Shown: piece by piece, positions 1 through 11,639 of the stretch | Numbering within the stretch: position 1 is the first letter of the stretch | Layout of the letters: each line of letters begins with the position of its first letter | DNA from: an uncultured delta proteobacterium | Lineage (GTDB): Bacteria > Desulfobacterota > Syntrophia > Syntrophales > UBA2185 | NCBI GenBank assembly: GCA_963695875.1 | Contig: CAVOID010000014.1 | Span: forward strand, 72,193 to 136,192 | Direction: 5' to 3' | DNA: 64,000 bases | The notes under the pieces: model-generated | The model's input: only the letters and a program-made list of their open reading frames with translations | Databases searched by the model: none | Told to the model about the DNA's origin: nothing | Made by a program: the position numbers and the translations under genes

Positions 1-1909
1 TGATATCAAACGGCTTGTTGTCACTGATATTGTTCTCCGTGATCAAAGCCTGACTTTTCTTTACTGTAATTCCCGACCCTCGGTTTTGTGTTATCCTGTT
101 ATGTGTAATTATGGGAGCAGCCGACAAAATTAGAATGCCTTCTTTCACATTATCCTGGATATTATTTTCCGTAACTTTCGGCTGGGCCCCATCCGCAATC
201 GAAACCGCGGCTTCTCTGCTTTTATGGATTGTATTCTTCATTACCTGTGGTTTTGAAAATGCACCCGAAATCATCAACGCCGTATCGTTTTCCACGAGTT
301 CGCAGGCCTCAATGCGCGGTGAAGATGCCCGGCAAAGAATTCCTGTTGAGGCGTTGCTGATGCGGCAGAATTTGATCAGATTTTCCTTTTCCTTAACGTT
401 ATTAAAAATCAATCCTCTCCATGATTGTCCGCCCTCTGCAACGTCAAGAATGATGATGTGTTCCGCGTCCCCCTGGGCATTAAAGCGGCCTTCAATTACC
501 AGGGCGCCACCCTTGGACCTTATCTCCGTACCTGGCTCAATAGTAAGAACGGCCTTATCTTTAACTATTACAGCACTTTCGATTATATAGGGACTCGCGC
601 CGGCATACCAGGTAGTATCAGACTCAATAATCCCTGAAACAGGCGTTGGCCCAGGCGCCACAGGCATACCGGTTATGGTGCCCGACCTCTCACTTTCATT
701 CCCAGCCCAGTCTACGGCAGTGACCTGATAGTAATATTTCTGCGCATTGACTAGTTTCTCATCACGATAATCATTTACTTCCGTCTTCGCAATTTGCTGA
801 AAACCGCTGAGTGGAGTACTGCTGCGGTAGATCCTGTATTCCGCCAAATCCGGGGCTGATGAATTTCCCCAGTCCAGAAGAACCACGGTATTCCGTCCGA
901 CCGCCTTCCCGTTTTCGACTCTTTCAGGTGGCACAGTGTCAAGAGTTACCGTTCCGATAGCATCGACCCATTGAGCAGTGTTGCCCGCATCATCCCTCAG
1001 ATAACCGGTAACCACGGCGTTTGTTACATTATCTCCCGGAATGACTTTATAGATGCCCAGATATCCTCCCGGCTCAACTTCCTGCATGTCTATATTCTTT
1101 TTGAACTCACCGATTTCAAAGTAGGCCTGCATCTTGGGCGTGCCCTGAATGACTACTTTGATTTCATCGCCTGCCCTTTTCGGCATGTTCTTCGTATCCT
1201 GTGTGAGAAGGCTGATGACAGGCGGTCGCAGGGCCTCCGCCATGGTGGGTATGGGAATGGTCTTGACCATATCCCTGAAGAGGTCATCACAGGCACGTAG
1301 TAACTGGATGTCTCTGACATTCATCGCCGTCGCAATGACCGTGGCAATAATACCGACGGGAGTTGTAGAAATACCGCCCTCATGGATGCGGGCCACATGC
1401 TTGCCGCTCCAGAGGAAATTTCCCGTCTTGGTATCATACATCTTGATCTTTGCCCCTACAGAAACTGAGGAATAAACGATGGCAAATAACTTGTCAAAAT
1501 CTGAAATATTACCGTAGATCACGGCATCCACACCGAGGATCTTACCCAATTCCTCGGGAGAGGTCTTGTTGATAGTTTCAGTATCGGTCAATCCCGCTTT
1601 TCTTAATACATTATCCACGGTATAGAGTTTCATACCTTTATAGGGCAGCGAGCTGAAGTGATTGTAAAATCCTCTTCGAACCTCATCAGAGCCGAGCTGG
1701 CTTCTCGCTTCATTCATAAAGGGAAGAACTGCAACAGTCTGTGGTTTGTGCTTTTCCAGATAAGGGCCAACCTCGTAGGTCCCTTTAAAGAAGGATCGGA
1801 TTTGTGGTGCGATGGCGGTTTCTTTCGTGGCAACCAGGCAGCTCTGTGTGATAACCAGAAGAGGCAGCAGTACAATGATTAGTATGGACCCTTGCAATCC
1901 CTTTTTCAT
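1..1909 (-). CDS. Large lipoprotein (DUF799/GNA1162-like N-domain, FN3-like repeat, right-handed beta-helix C-region); runs off the window edge
   Basis: Manually translated; absent from the ORF track because it has no stop. Starts MKKGLQGSILIIVLLPLLVITQSCLVA (lipobox-like Cys), then VAVLPF...ELGKILGVDAVIYG, YYYQVTAVDWAGNES, and repeated N-rich beta-helix segments. GGAGG RBS upstream. Confidence 0.65.
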   Translation of the reverse strand, partial: MKKGLQGSILIIVLLPLLVITQSCLVATKETAIAPQIRSFFKGTYEVGPYLEKHKPQTVAVLPFMNEARSQLGSDEVRRGFYNHFSSLPYKGMKLYTVDNVLRKAGLTDTETINKTSPEELGKILGVDAVIYGNISDFDKLFAIVYSSVSVGAKIKMYDTKTGNFLWSGKHVARIHEGGISTTPVGIIATVIATAMNVRDIQLLRACDDLFRDMVKTIPIPTMAEALRPPVISLLTQDTKNMPKRAGDEIKVVIQGTPKMQAYFEIGEFKKNIDMQEVEPGGYLGIYKVIPGDNVTNAVVTGYLRDDAGNTAQWVDAIGTVTLDTVPPERVENGKAVGRNTVVLLDWGNSSAPDLAEYRIYRSSTPLSGFQQIAKTEVNDYRDEKLVNAQKYYYQVTAVDWAGNESERSGTITGMPVAPGPTPVSGIIESDTTWYAGASPYIIESAVIVKDKAVLTIEPGTEIRSKGGALVIEGRFNAQGDAEHIIILDVAEGGQSWRGLIFNNVKEKENLIKFCRISNASTGILCRASSPRIEACELVENDTALMISGAFSKPQVMKNTIHKSREAAVSIADGAQPKVTENNIQDNVKEGILILSAAPIITHNRITQNRGSGITVKKSQALITENNISDNKPFDI

Positions 1910-1970
1910 GAGAGGCCTCCCACTACTATTATTATAACATCTAATCGCAGAGCCGGTTAAACAATCGTTT

Positions 1971-2816
1971 TTAATATTCCATCTTTTTGATAAAATCATC
2001 AAGAGCGATTTGCCAGTATCTCATTGTTTTCCCCGTAGATTCAATAAATTTTCTGCAGCTGAGCACACTGAGATGCGGGCGGTTCGCAGGCCTTGCCAGA
2101 ACATCTGATTTTATGGGCTTCACGGTAACATCATCTATGCAGGCAGACTTCAATATTCTCTTAGCGAACTCATACCAGCTGCACTTGCCCCTGTTTGTTA
2201 CATGAAATGTCCCGCTGTACTTGCCTTCAATCAATAGTTGAACGGCACCCGCCAGATCCCACGAAAATGTTGGGCTGCCGATTTGATCATCAACAACTTC
2301 CAATTGCTTACTTATTCTGGCTTTATCAACAATTGTTTTTACGAAGTTCTTCCCATTTTTGCCATAAAGCCATGCCGACCGGATGAGAAGAAAGTCGTTG
2401 GAAAATTGCTGTAGATACTGCTCCCCCGCAAGCTTTGACTGGCCGTAAACATTGATAGGATTGCATGTGTCGTCTTCCACGTAAGATGTTCCCTTCTTAC
2501 CGTCAAAGACATAATCAGTACTGAAGTGGACAACTTTTATGCCCCGGTCTCTGCACGCCAGAGCAATATTTTTCACTCCCTCCGCATTGACGGAAAAACA
2601 CTTTTCTCTGTTCGTTTCACAGCCATCGACATCGGTGTATGCAGCCGCATTAATAACAACATCAGGCTCGGTTTCTGAGATAACACCCTCGCAAGCATCT
2701 GCCGAAGCAATATCCAAATCTTCTATGTCCTTACCTGTCACCTCGTGAAAGGCAAAAAGTCTCAGGAAAAGATCACTGCCAAGCATACCTTTGTGGCCCA
2801 ATATCAAAATCTTCAT
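1971..2816 (-). CDS. rfbD: dTDP-4-dehydrorhamnose reductase
   Basis: GHKGMLG, INAAAYTDVD, STDYVFDG, YGQSKLAGE, DQIGSPT motifs. Confidence 0.95.
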   Translation of the reverse strand: MKILILGHKGMLGSDLFLRLFAFHEVTGKDIEDLDIASADACEGVISETEPDVVINAAAYTDVDGCETNREKCFSVNAEGVKNIALACRDRGIKVVHFSTDYVFDGKKGTSYVEDDTCNPINVYGQSKLAGEQYLQQFSNDFLLIRSAWLYGKNGKNFVKTIVDKARISKQLEVVDDQIGSPTFSWDLAGAVQLLIEGKYSGTFHVTNRGKCSWYEFAKRILKSACIDDVTVKPIKSDVLARPANRPHLSVLSCRKFIESTGKTMRYWQIALDDFIKKMEY

Positions 2817-3553
2817 TAGTACCTCACTTCCTTAAGGAACAATCCATGCGCCGGTGCGGTTATACCCGCCCTTCTTCTATCTTTCGCTTCCACGATGCCC
2901 ATTAATTCGGCTGAGGATATCTTCCCCCTGCCCACATCGACAAGCGTACCAACTATATTTCTTACCATGTATTTTAAAAAACCGTTAGCTTCGATAAATA
3001 TTTTTATCATATCCTGGTGGTCTATCTCCATATCAATATCTATGACGGTTCTAACATGATCCTTAATACCGCAATTGGCTGCACAGAAGGAAGAAAAATC
3101 AAATGTTCCTTTAAGAAGTAAAGCCGCTTCCTTCATCCTTCCCATATCGAGGGGTTCACGTTTGAACCAGGCGCAGTTTCTGTATAAGGCTGAGCGTACC
3201 GGACTGTTGAATATCTGATATAAATACACTTTGCTTTTGGTATCATACCGTGCATGAAAAGCTGCATCTACCTCTGCCAATTCCTTTACCACGATATCCC
3301 AAGGCAGAATGCTATTTATTCCATTGAAAAGGTTTCTCACCCCTATATTAGAATTCGTCCTGAAGTTTGCTACCTGGTTAATAGCATGAACGCCTGCATC
3401 CGTTCTCCCTGAACCGATGACCCTGATATTTTCCTGCGTAATTTTATTGATGCTTTCTTCGAGGACCTTCTGAATTGTAATAGTATCACCCTGACGCTGC
3501 CATCCATGATACCTCGTCCCGTCATACTCCAAAATCATCTTTATATTACGCAT
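2816..3553 (-). CDS. truA: tRNA pseudouridine(38-40) synthase
   Basis: YDGTRYHGWQ, GSGRTDAGVHA, FLKYMVRNIVG, TAPAHGLFL. Confidence 0.97.
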   Translation of the reverse strand: MRNIKMILEYDGTRYHGWQRQGDTITIQKVLEESINKITQENIRVIGSGRTDAGVHAINQVANFRTNSNIGVRNLFNGINSILPWDIVVKELAEVDAAFHARYDTKSKVYLYQIFNSPVRSALYRNCAWFKREPLDMGRMKEAALLLKGTFDFSSFCAANCGIKDHVRTVIDIDMEIDHQDMIKIFIEANGFLKYMVRNIVGTLVDVGRGKISSAELMGIVEAKDRRRAGITAPAHGLFLKEVRY

Positions 3554-3587
3554 GATAACTTTTCTACATTATTTTGCCATTTGCCAT

Positions 3588-3615
3588 AAAAAAAAGGGGA
3601 TATTATCCCCCTTTC
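3588..3615 (-). terminator. Rho-independent terminator after pgk
   Basis: Minus-strand AAGGGGGATAATATCCCC stem-loop followed by a T-run. Confidence 0.7.
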
Positions 3616-3634
3616 TTTATACTCAAATACATAA

Positions 3635-4828
3635 TCAGCGTGGGCTGTCCAAACCGTCAAGGGCCTCAATTGCCGGGAGTGATTTACCAGCCAGAAGTTC
3701 GATGGAAGCTCCGCCTCCGGTTGATATATAGGTTATTCTGTCACTTTCACCGGCTTTATGAATTGCCACATCCGTATCCCCTCCACCGACAATGGTAACG
3801 GCGTAGGAATTTGCCACACTGTGCGCCAATGCCGAAGTCCCCCTGCCGAAGGCATCAATCTCAAATACTCCCATCGGGCCGTTCCATACAATGGTCTTGG
3901 CATTATTCAGTACCTCCGTGAAAAGGGTAATGGTGGCAGGACCGATATCAAGCCCCTTCCACTTGGAGTTGATTTCCTGCACCGGTACTATCTTGGTTTC
4001 CGCTTCTGCACTTGCATCTTCAGCGATGACGCAATCAACGGGCAAATAAAATTTCACACCCAGTTTTTTGGCTGTCTCCATGATCTCCTGCGCTTTTGGC
4101 AACAGCTCCTCTTCAAAAATGGATTTGCCAATTTCATATCCCAGTGCTTTCAGGAAGGTAAACGCCATGCCTCCCCCGATAACCATTTTATCAACTTTTT
4201 TGATGAGGTGAAGCAGGGCCTCAAGTTTACCGGATACTTTCGAGCCTCCTATTATAGCAACAAAAGGCCTCGCTGGACTATCTACAGCCTTCTTTAAATA
4301 ATTTAATTCCTGCTTGATCAGGAATCCTGCACCAGACTCCTTTACATACTTGAGGATTCCCACATTCGATGCATGTTTTCTGTGAGCGTTGCCAAAGGCA
4401 TCATCAATGTAGACATCCCCCAGGCTGGCCAGCTCTTTGGCAAATTCATCACTATTCTTTTCCTCTTCAGTGTGAAACCTCAGGTTCTCAAGGAGAACAA
4501 CACTCCCGGGTTTCATATCTTCGATTAATTTTTTTACCTCATTACCGATACAGTCCTTCGCTAATATTACCTCTTTATTAATGAGACGCGATAATCTTTT
4601 CGCCACTGGAGCAAGGCTGAACTCGGGCGACACTTTCCCTTTAGGGCGTCCCAGATGTGACATAATTATCACTTTTGCTCCCTCATCGAGGGCATAATTA
4701 ATCGTCGGAACCGTTGACCTTATCCTGATATCATCAGTTATGTTTAAGGTACTGTCCAAAGGAACATTGTAATCAAATCTGAATAAAACCCTTTTCCCCT
4801 TGAGATTGATCTCGTCAATGAATTTCAT
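3635..4828 (-). CDS. pgk: Phosphoglycerate kinase
   Basis: [34 protein letters not shown]; start placed at MKFIDE with an AGGGG RBS. Confidence 0.97.
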   Translation of the reverse strand: MKFIDEINLKGKRVLFRFDYNVPLDSTLNITDDIRIRSTVPTINYALDEGAKVIIMSHLGRPKGKVSPEFSLAPVAKRLSRLINKEVILAKDCIGNEVKKLIEDMKPGSVVLLENLRFHTEEEKNSDEFAKELASLGDVYIDDAFGNAHRKHASNVGILKYVKESGAGFLIKQELNYLKKAVDSPARPFVAIIGGSKVSGKLEALLHLIKKVDKMVIGGGMAFTFLKALGYEIGKSIFEEELLPKAQEIMETAKKLGVKFYLPVDCVIAEDASAEAETKIVPVQEINSKWKGLDIGPATITLFTEVLNNAKTIVWNGPMGVFEIDAFGRGTSALAHSVANSYAVTIVGGGDTDVAIHKAGESDRITYISTGGGASIELLAGKSLPAIEALDGLDSPR

Positions 4829-5021
4829 AGCGTCCCCTTTCACTTCACTCAACATCAAGCCGGTTTATTTTAGGTCACCAGGAAAATAGCCGTGAAATAT
4901 ATACCTTATGAACTGATTTAGGTCAATACGGAAATCTCAATTTTTATGACTTTGTCTATTCCCGTATTTACGAAAACTGCATGCACGAATTTTATGTCCT
5001 ATTAATATTTGAACGAAAATA

Positions 5022-5762
5022 TCAAGGAGACGACTTCAATTTTGTGAGGGATATTTCTCCTTCCTTCTTGATAGGGTCGGGGAGGTTACTCACCAGGACA
5101 CCTTTCAGGATCTCTTCGCTCCATGGTTCCCTCAGGGCGGCAGCAGCCCGAATTGCCAGCTTCTCCCGCAGCGACTTCGGCGGGTAAACCCTTACCACGG
5201 AGTTCTTCTCCGGATAATAGAACTGGATATAACCTTTGCGGATGTTTCGGCCGTAAACGTTGATGGTAATGGCAATGTCACTGCTGATATTTTCCATGCT
5301 GTGGATTCCTTTGTTCAACGGAAGTACGTAAGTTACCCGGCCGGGATCTATGATAACGGACGAAACCTCTTCCAGCAAGGCATAACCCTCCTTTTTGCCG
5401 TCATCGATACGCCTGTACTTTCTCTCCCTGAAGGGCTGCACAAAACTGCCTATTATTCCCCAGGAACCATGATCATGAACAGCATCAATGATGTAGGATT
5501 CCCATATGTAGCATAGGACCTGGAAAGACCTGTCGGGGCTTTTGTAGAGTGTGATCTCATTGGGCCAGATCCCTATTTTCTGGTTTTCGTTGAATCCAGG
5601 CTCAAACAGGATCTTCCGCAGGATATCGCCGAACCATTCCCGCTCCCTTATAAGCTCAGCCATCAGAGCACTTCCCGCTTCGATGAGCCGGTTCATCGCC
5701 GGTTTCTCCCCGAGCAATGTATTAACCCGGTCACAGAACTGTTCAAGATTTCCAGTTGTCAT
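5022..5762 (-). CDS. Cysteine/thiol dioxygenase-like cupin with C-terminal extension
   Basis: AVHDHGSWG ... GIHSMEN ... ITINVYG (three-His cupin pattern). Confidence 0.7.
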   Translation of the reverse strand: MTTGNLEQFCDRVNTLLGEKPAMNRLIEAGSALMAELIREREWFGDILRKILFEPGFNENQKIGIWPNEITLYKSPDRSFQVLCYIWESYIIDAVHDHGSWGIIGSFVQPFRERKYRRIDDGKKEGYALLEEVSSVIIDPGRVTYVLPLNKGIHSMENISSDIAITINVYGRNIRKGYIQFYYPEKNSVVRVYPPKSLREKLAIRAAAALREPWSEEILKGVLVSNLPDPIKKEGEISLTKLKSSP

Positions 5763-6665
5763 CTATGAATCCTTTTTTGCCGGTCAGGTTTTGCGGCGGA
5801 TGCCTGATCCGTCTCATTTTTGAGGGTTCCGTATTTCCTGATGTGACTCCACGATTTGTATTCGGGATCTTCCGGGTTTGCGGCCAAGGCTTCGGCTTCG
5901 CGGAGGTATTTTTTCCGGATGCCCTTCTGCTTGTAAAGGAGCCTGTCCTTCCCGACAGGACAGACCTTGGTGCAGATGCCGCACGGGTAGCACCGGCGCT
6001 GTGTCAGTTCTTCGGCCATTTCCAGGCAGGCCATCTTGTCATAATCACCGATCACCTGATCCTCCTTCATGGACGATGGCCTTCTTAGGACAGCACTGGG
6101 CGCAGAGCCCGCACTTGATGCAGAGATCTTTTTTAACCATACGGTCCGGCGGTATCACCGCTGATGTGAATACGGAAACGAATCGGACGCGGGGGCCGAA
6201 TTCCGGTGTCAGGAGAACATGGCTCGCGCCTATTGTCCCAAGACCCGCATATTTGGCGGCCATGACATGGCTGAAGGCCGCCATCGGCCGGTCTTTCAGG
6301 GCCTTCAAACTGGCGTAGACATCACGGCCGAAAAAAAACGAGGCATGGCCCATGCGGTTGAGGTACCGGGTCAAATCGTAGGCGAGAGTGTCCAGCTTGC
6401 GGTTGGCTGTCCTGTAGAGTTCCATGTGAAGAACGGATGGTGTCGTCTCCACGATGGGAAGCGGCATTTCCACACCGATGACGATGACGGTACGGGCGGG
6501 AGGCCAGATCGATCGCGGCCGGAAGTCAGGGGGAACTTCACCGGCCTCGTCCCAACGCTCCGCGGGTGCAAAGCCGACAAGGTCGGCACCTCGCTCCTTG
6601 CAGAATGCTATGATATGATCCTTGAGCTTCTGCCCTTCCGGAGGGCCTTTTGTTTTTAATCCCAT
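5759..6665 (-). CDS. Epoxyqueuosine reductase-like (QueG/RdhA-related) 4Fe-4S protein, frameshifted near 6070
   Basis: GADLVGFA, AAKYAGLGTIG, LLTPEFGPRVRF, CIKCGLCAQCCP and CYPCGICTKVCP; two ORF pieces. Confidence 0.75.
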
Positions 6666-6674
6666 AATCCCTAT

Positions 6675-7140
6675 TCAGCGAGGTTGTTTGATTTGGGGAC
6701 CAATGTGTGTCAATATTTCACGCGCATCAAAGGCCCTCATGTCTTCTTCAGGCTTCTTCCCGTGTTTGAGTTTAATCAGTACTGTTGCACCGGGAGCTTT
6801 AACAGTCTGCAGTGATGCATCATATCTCCTCCTTCCGCCTCGCCATTCCCCAAGAATCCTCTGTTGTTATGTCTTTCTCCTCAATTACAATGAAATAGTC
6901 ATAGCCATTCTGAAGGGTTATTTCGGCACAGCGATACGCGAGAAGACCTTTCATGGCATCGTAGGTCGTCGCATCGTTACATTTATAACTGACTTGAAAC
7001 ACGTCTTTTTGTATTTGTGTCTCGGAATATCCCGTATATGGATCACCAACCCCCAATTTCCAGTATCCGGTTGGGACTGGCGCACACGACAGCATTAAAA
7101 AATTGAGCAATATAATCATTAGAACATGATTTATTTTCAT
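6675..7140 (-). CDS. Lipoprotein (CC0125/CC1285-like), frameshifted near 6830
   Basis: Lipobox LMLSC; GYSETQI...RCAEITLQNGYDYF; continues in another frame to ...AFDAREILTHIGPQIKQPR*. Confidence 0.6.
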
Positions 7141-7384
7141 AATGACACCTATTTTACTGCGCTAAGATAAGATCATGCATAATTATGGACATGGTATTAC
7201 TGAAATAAAACCTATATTATTTTATACAAATAATAGTGTGTAGAGTAAAGAAATAAGTCCCATTGACAAAGGATTGATCCTCCCGGAAGACAATCTCCTT
7301 TTACCCAAATTTTATGTCGTTGAGTTGTGACCGATATTTAATTGACTTACAAGTCCGATAATTTTATAGTTCATTCATCGGTTT

Positions 7385-7411
7385 AAGCCACCACCTCCGG
7401 TGGTAGTTGAC
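7385..7411 (-). repeat. IS200/IS605-type (IscB/HEARO-like) end hairpin remnant
   Basis: Minus strand GTCAACTACCACCGGAGGTGGTGGCTT: GTCAACTACC followed by a hairpin and GGCTT. Confidence 0.45.
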
Positions 7412-7614
7412 TTATAAACAAGCAAAGTCCTATCAAAATACTCTTTAACAATGGATGCGAAGGGGTATTATATTGATCTGCATAAAACCCCGCTCAATAA
7501 TTGAGAATATTTTTGATAGCACTTATGGATTGTACTGTTAGCATTGTAAGCATAAGCTATTTTCTCGGGGTGTTATACCGCAACTTTGCGGCGTTTGGGT
7601 TTTTATACAAGATA

Positions 7615-7633
7615 CATATAAACATTGTTGGGC
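7615..7633 (+). other. attI-like integron recombination site
   Basis: CATATAA-ACATT-GTTGGGC: GTTRRRY core with a 5-bp spacer, similar in layout to attI1 (CCCTAAA-ACAAA-GTTRRRY), 20 bp before the first cassette ORF. Confidence 0.5.
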
Positions 7634-7653
7634 TGCTGTATGAGGTTTTGTGA

Positions 7654-8364
7654 ATGAGTTCTGATAAAACTATATCAAGAATTATAGAACGTGTTGCAAA
7701 GCTTAAGGATGAGTTTACTGGTTGTTTGCAATATTTTGAGGCAGCCAATCTATTTACTGGACCCAGTTTATATTTTCACTATAAAACATGCACTATCAGA
7801 AAGAAGTATCCTTCTGCAGTAGCAACTCTGAATGACAAATATTTCTTTGAGAGTCTTTATGCAACACTCACAGCATGGGGCATGCACCGTATGGGACCAG
7901 GCAAAGCAAAACTTGTCGATTTAGATGATATGATGAAAAGCTTCATACAGCAGTCAAACAATATCGCGAAAATTGAAACTTTAGTACTCTCTGAGTTAGG
8001 AAGCAATGCCATAATTGATGTAACAAACAGATTATGGGAAATCATTTTTCAACTTAAAGTAGGAATTGGAGAAACAAAGATAGTTGCAAATTCTAAGGCA
8101 CTACATCATCTGCTTCCAAACTTAATACCACCAATAGACCGAGAATATACTCTGAGATTTTTCTATAACCACACAACTCTCAATCAAGGTGATGAAAAAG
8201 CTTTTAAAGAGATCTACCCATATCTTCATACTATTGCTTCATCAAAAAAAGAAACAATTCGTAAAAAACTCGGACATGGAATGAATACCAGCGAAACAAA
8301 GGTTATTGATAATGCAATAGTTGGCTTCGGTCGTAAGTATATAAAAATCAGAGAGAACCAATAG
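7654..8364 (+). CDS. Cassette protein, putative HhH-GPD/OGG-like DNA glycosylase fold
   Basis: AT-rich 236-aa ORF with LYATLTAWGM and SKALHHLLPNLIPPID (K...D) motifs; the fold is an inference. Confidence 0.5.
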   Translation: MSSDKTISRIIERVAKLKDEFTGCLQYFEAANLFTGPSLYFHYKTCTIRKKYPSAVATLNDKYFFESLYATLTAWGMHRMGPGKAKLVDLDDMMKSFIQQSNNIAKIETLVLSELGSNAIIDVTNRLWEIIFQLKVGIGETKIVANSKALHHLLPNLIPPIDREYTLRFFYNHTTLNQGDEKAFKEIYPYLHTIASSKKETIRKKLGHGMNTSETKVIDNAIVGFGRKYIKIRENQ

Positions 8365-8378
8365 TAGTTAGGAGAAAA

Positions 8379-8441
8379 GCCTGAACCAAAGGTTCCAGCG
8401 GACGCGGCGGTGCCGCGCCGCTGACCCTTCACGATTAGTTC
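8379..8441 (+). other. attC-like site 1
   Basis: GCCT(G)AAC ... AGGTTCCAGCGG-A-CGCGGC-GGT-GCCGCG-CCGCTGACCCT ... G(A)TTAGTTC; imperfect palindrome with two extrahelical bases. Confidence 0.7.
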
Positions 8442-8457
8442 TTATTCAGGCACAAGA

Positions 8458-9480
8458 ATGATGAGCAAAAAAAATTGGGTCAGATTTGAAAGACTTGTGG
8501 CTGCAATTCATCTTGCTGAGTCGCAAGGTGCAGAAGTGAAATGGAATGACAAGATTGAAGGTCGTCAATTTGATGTAACATTACGATTCAAGCATGGTTT
8601 ACACGAGTATCTAACAGTCATCGAATGCAAGGACTACAATGGGAAAATACCTGTCGAAAAAGTGGATGCATTAGTTACAAAAGCAAGAGATGTAAAAGCC
8701 AACGAAGCAATCATGGTATCTTCAAATGGATATCAATCTGGGTGTTATGAGGTTGCTAAAAGGCATGGAATTAGTCTTCTTACCTTGAATGAAAAATTTG
8801 AACTTGATCAGAGTAGTTTGTTTAAAGAAGTTACTCCAGCATTAAACATATATGATGTCCGCTTTATCCAGCCCAGTGGAGAGGAAATCTTACTCGAAGA
8901 TGAAGGGGGCAGTTTACATTATCACATGACTCATATCCAGCTCGTATCTAAAACTAGAGAGATTAACCCAAACCAATTGATTAATGAATGGCAATTAGAC
9001 AAGCCATACTTGGATGCCGCTTCTGCGAGTGGAGTATTAATAAAGTTAGAACAAGGTACAATAGCCATGATTCCTTATGAAGAAAGTGTTGAGGTAGTAT
9101 CCATAAAGTTTAAGTGTAAGATGATTCAGGCCTTTATACCCAATCAACCTTTACCTGATATGCATATTATGGAGGGAATGAGAACCAGATATGAATTGCA
9201 AAATGAACATGGCGAGATTGTCCACACAGCTTTATCACCAGAAGTAAAACTAGGATTTGATACGCAAGTTATACCTGGTAAGTTTTATGTAAATCCCCGC
9301 CTTCATATTTTCTATTACTGTGAAGCAATTGACAAGAATATTGTCACATGGATAATTGTAGAATCATATCAACATGGCCAACTACTAAGAACAATATTTA
9401 GACAAGACATAAAGTATTCATGTTATTATCTTGAGGTCACTGATAAAAAAAGCTGGAAAAACTTAACAGATTACTTTTAG
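8458..9480 (+). CDS. Cassette protein: Mrr_cat-like PD-(D/E)xK restriction endonuclease N-domain plus unknown C-domain
   Basis: FERLVAAI...RQFDV...VIECKDY...VDALVTK...MVSSNGYQSG. One homopolymer correction would move the stop to 9507-9509, inside attC2. Confidence 0.8.
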   Translation: MMSKKNWVRFERLVAAIHLAESQGAEVKWNDKIEGRQFDVTLRFKHGLHEYLTVIECKDYNGKIPVEKVDALVTKARDVKANEAIMVSSNGYQSGCYEVAKRHGISLLTLNEKFELDQSSLFKEVTPALNIYDVRFIQPSGEEILLEDEGGSLHYHMTHIQLVSKTREINPNQLINEWQLDKPYLDAASASGVLIKLEQGTIAMIPYEESVEVVSIKFKCKMIQAFIPNQPLPDMHIMEGMRTRYELQNEHGEIVHTALSPEVKLGFDTQVIPGKFYVNPRLHIFYYCEAIDKNIVTWIIVESYQHGQLLRTIFRQDIKYSCYYLEVTDKKSWKNLTDYF

Positions 9481-9503
9481 ATTTCAGAAAAATAAGTACA
9501 AAG

Positions 9504-9565
9504 AGCTAACAAATCAATCCAGTGGATCGAGGCATGCACCCCGGCCCTGATCTTTGTCGTTACAC
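9504..9565 (+). other. attC-like site 2
   Basis: AGCTAAC-AAATCAATCCAGTGG...CCCTGATCTTTGTC-GTTACAC; 62 bp, conserved AAC/GTT triplets with near-consensus R boxes. Confidence 0.72.
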
Positions 9566-9631
9566 TATTTCGATCCATAATACGCGGTTCTCTGGCGAAA
9601 CGAGATAAGGATCAATTGGCGTACCACAGGA

Positions 9632-11564
<1,933 letters not shown>

Positions 11565-11639
11565 TTCAGTCCTTTCTTTAGTTGTAAATGATGCACTGAG
11601 ACTTATACTAATTCCTTACAAATAGTTTAGCCGTCTGAT

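Noticed and set aside
6675..7140. Lipoprotein gene as a third integron cassette
   Set aside because: Opposite strand, upstream of the attI-like site, and no attC follows it
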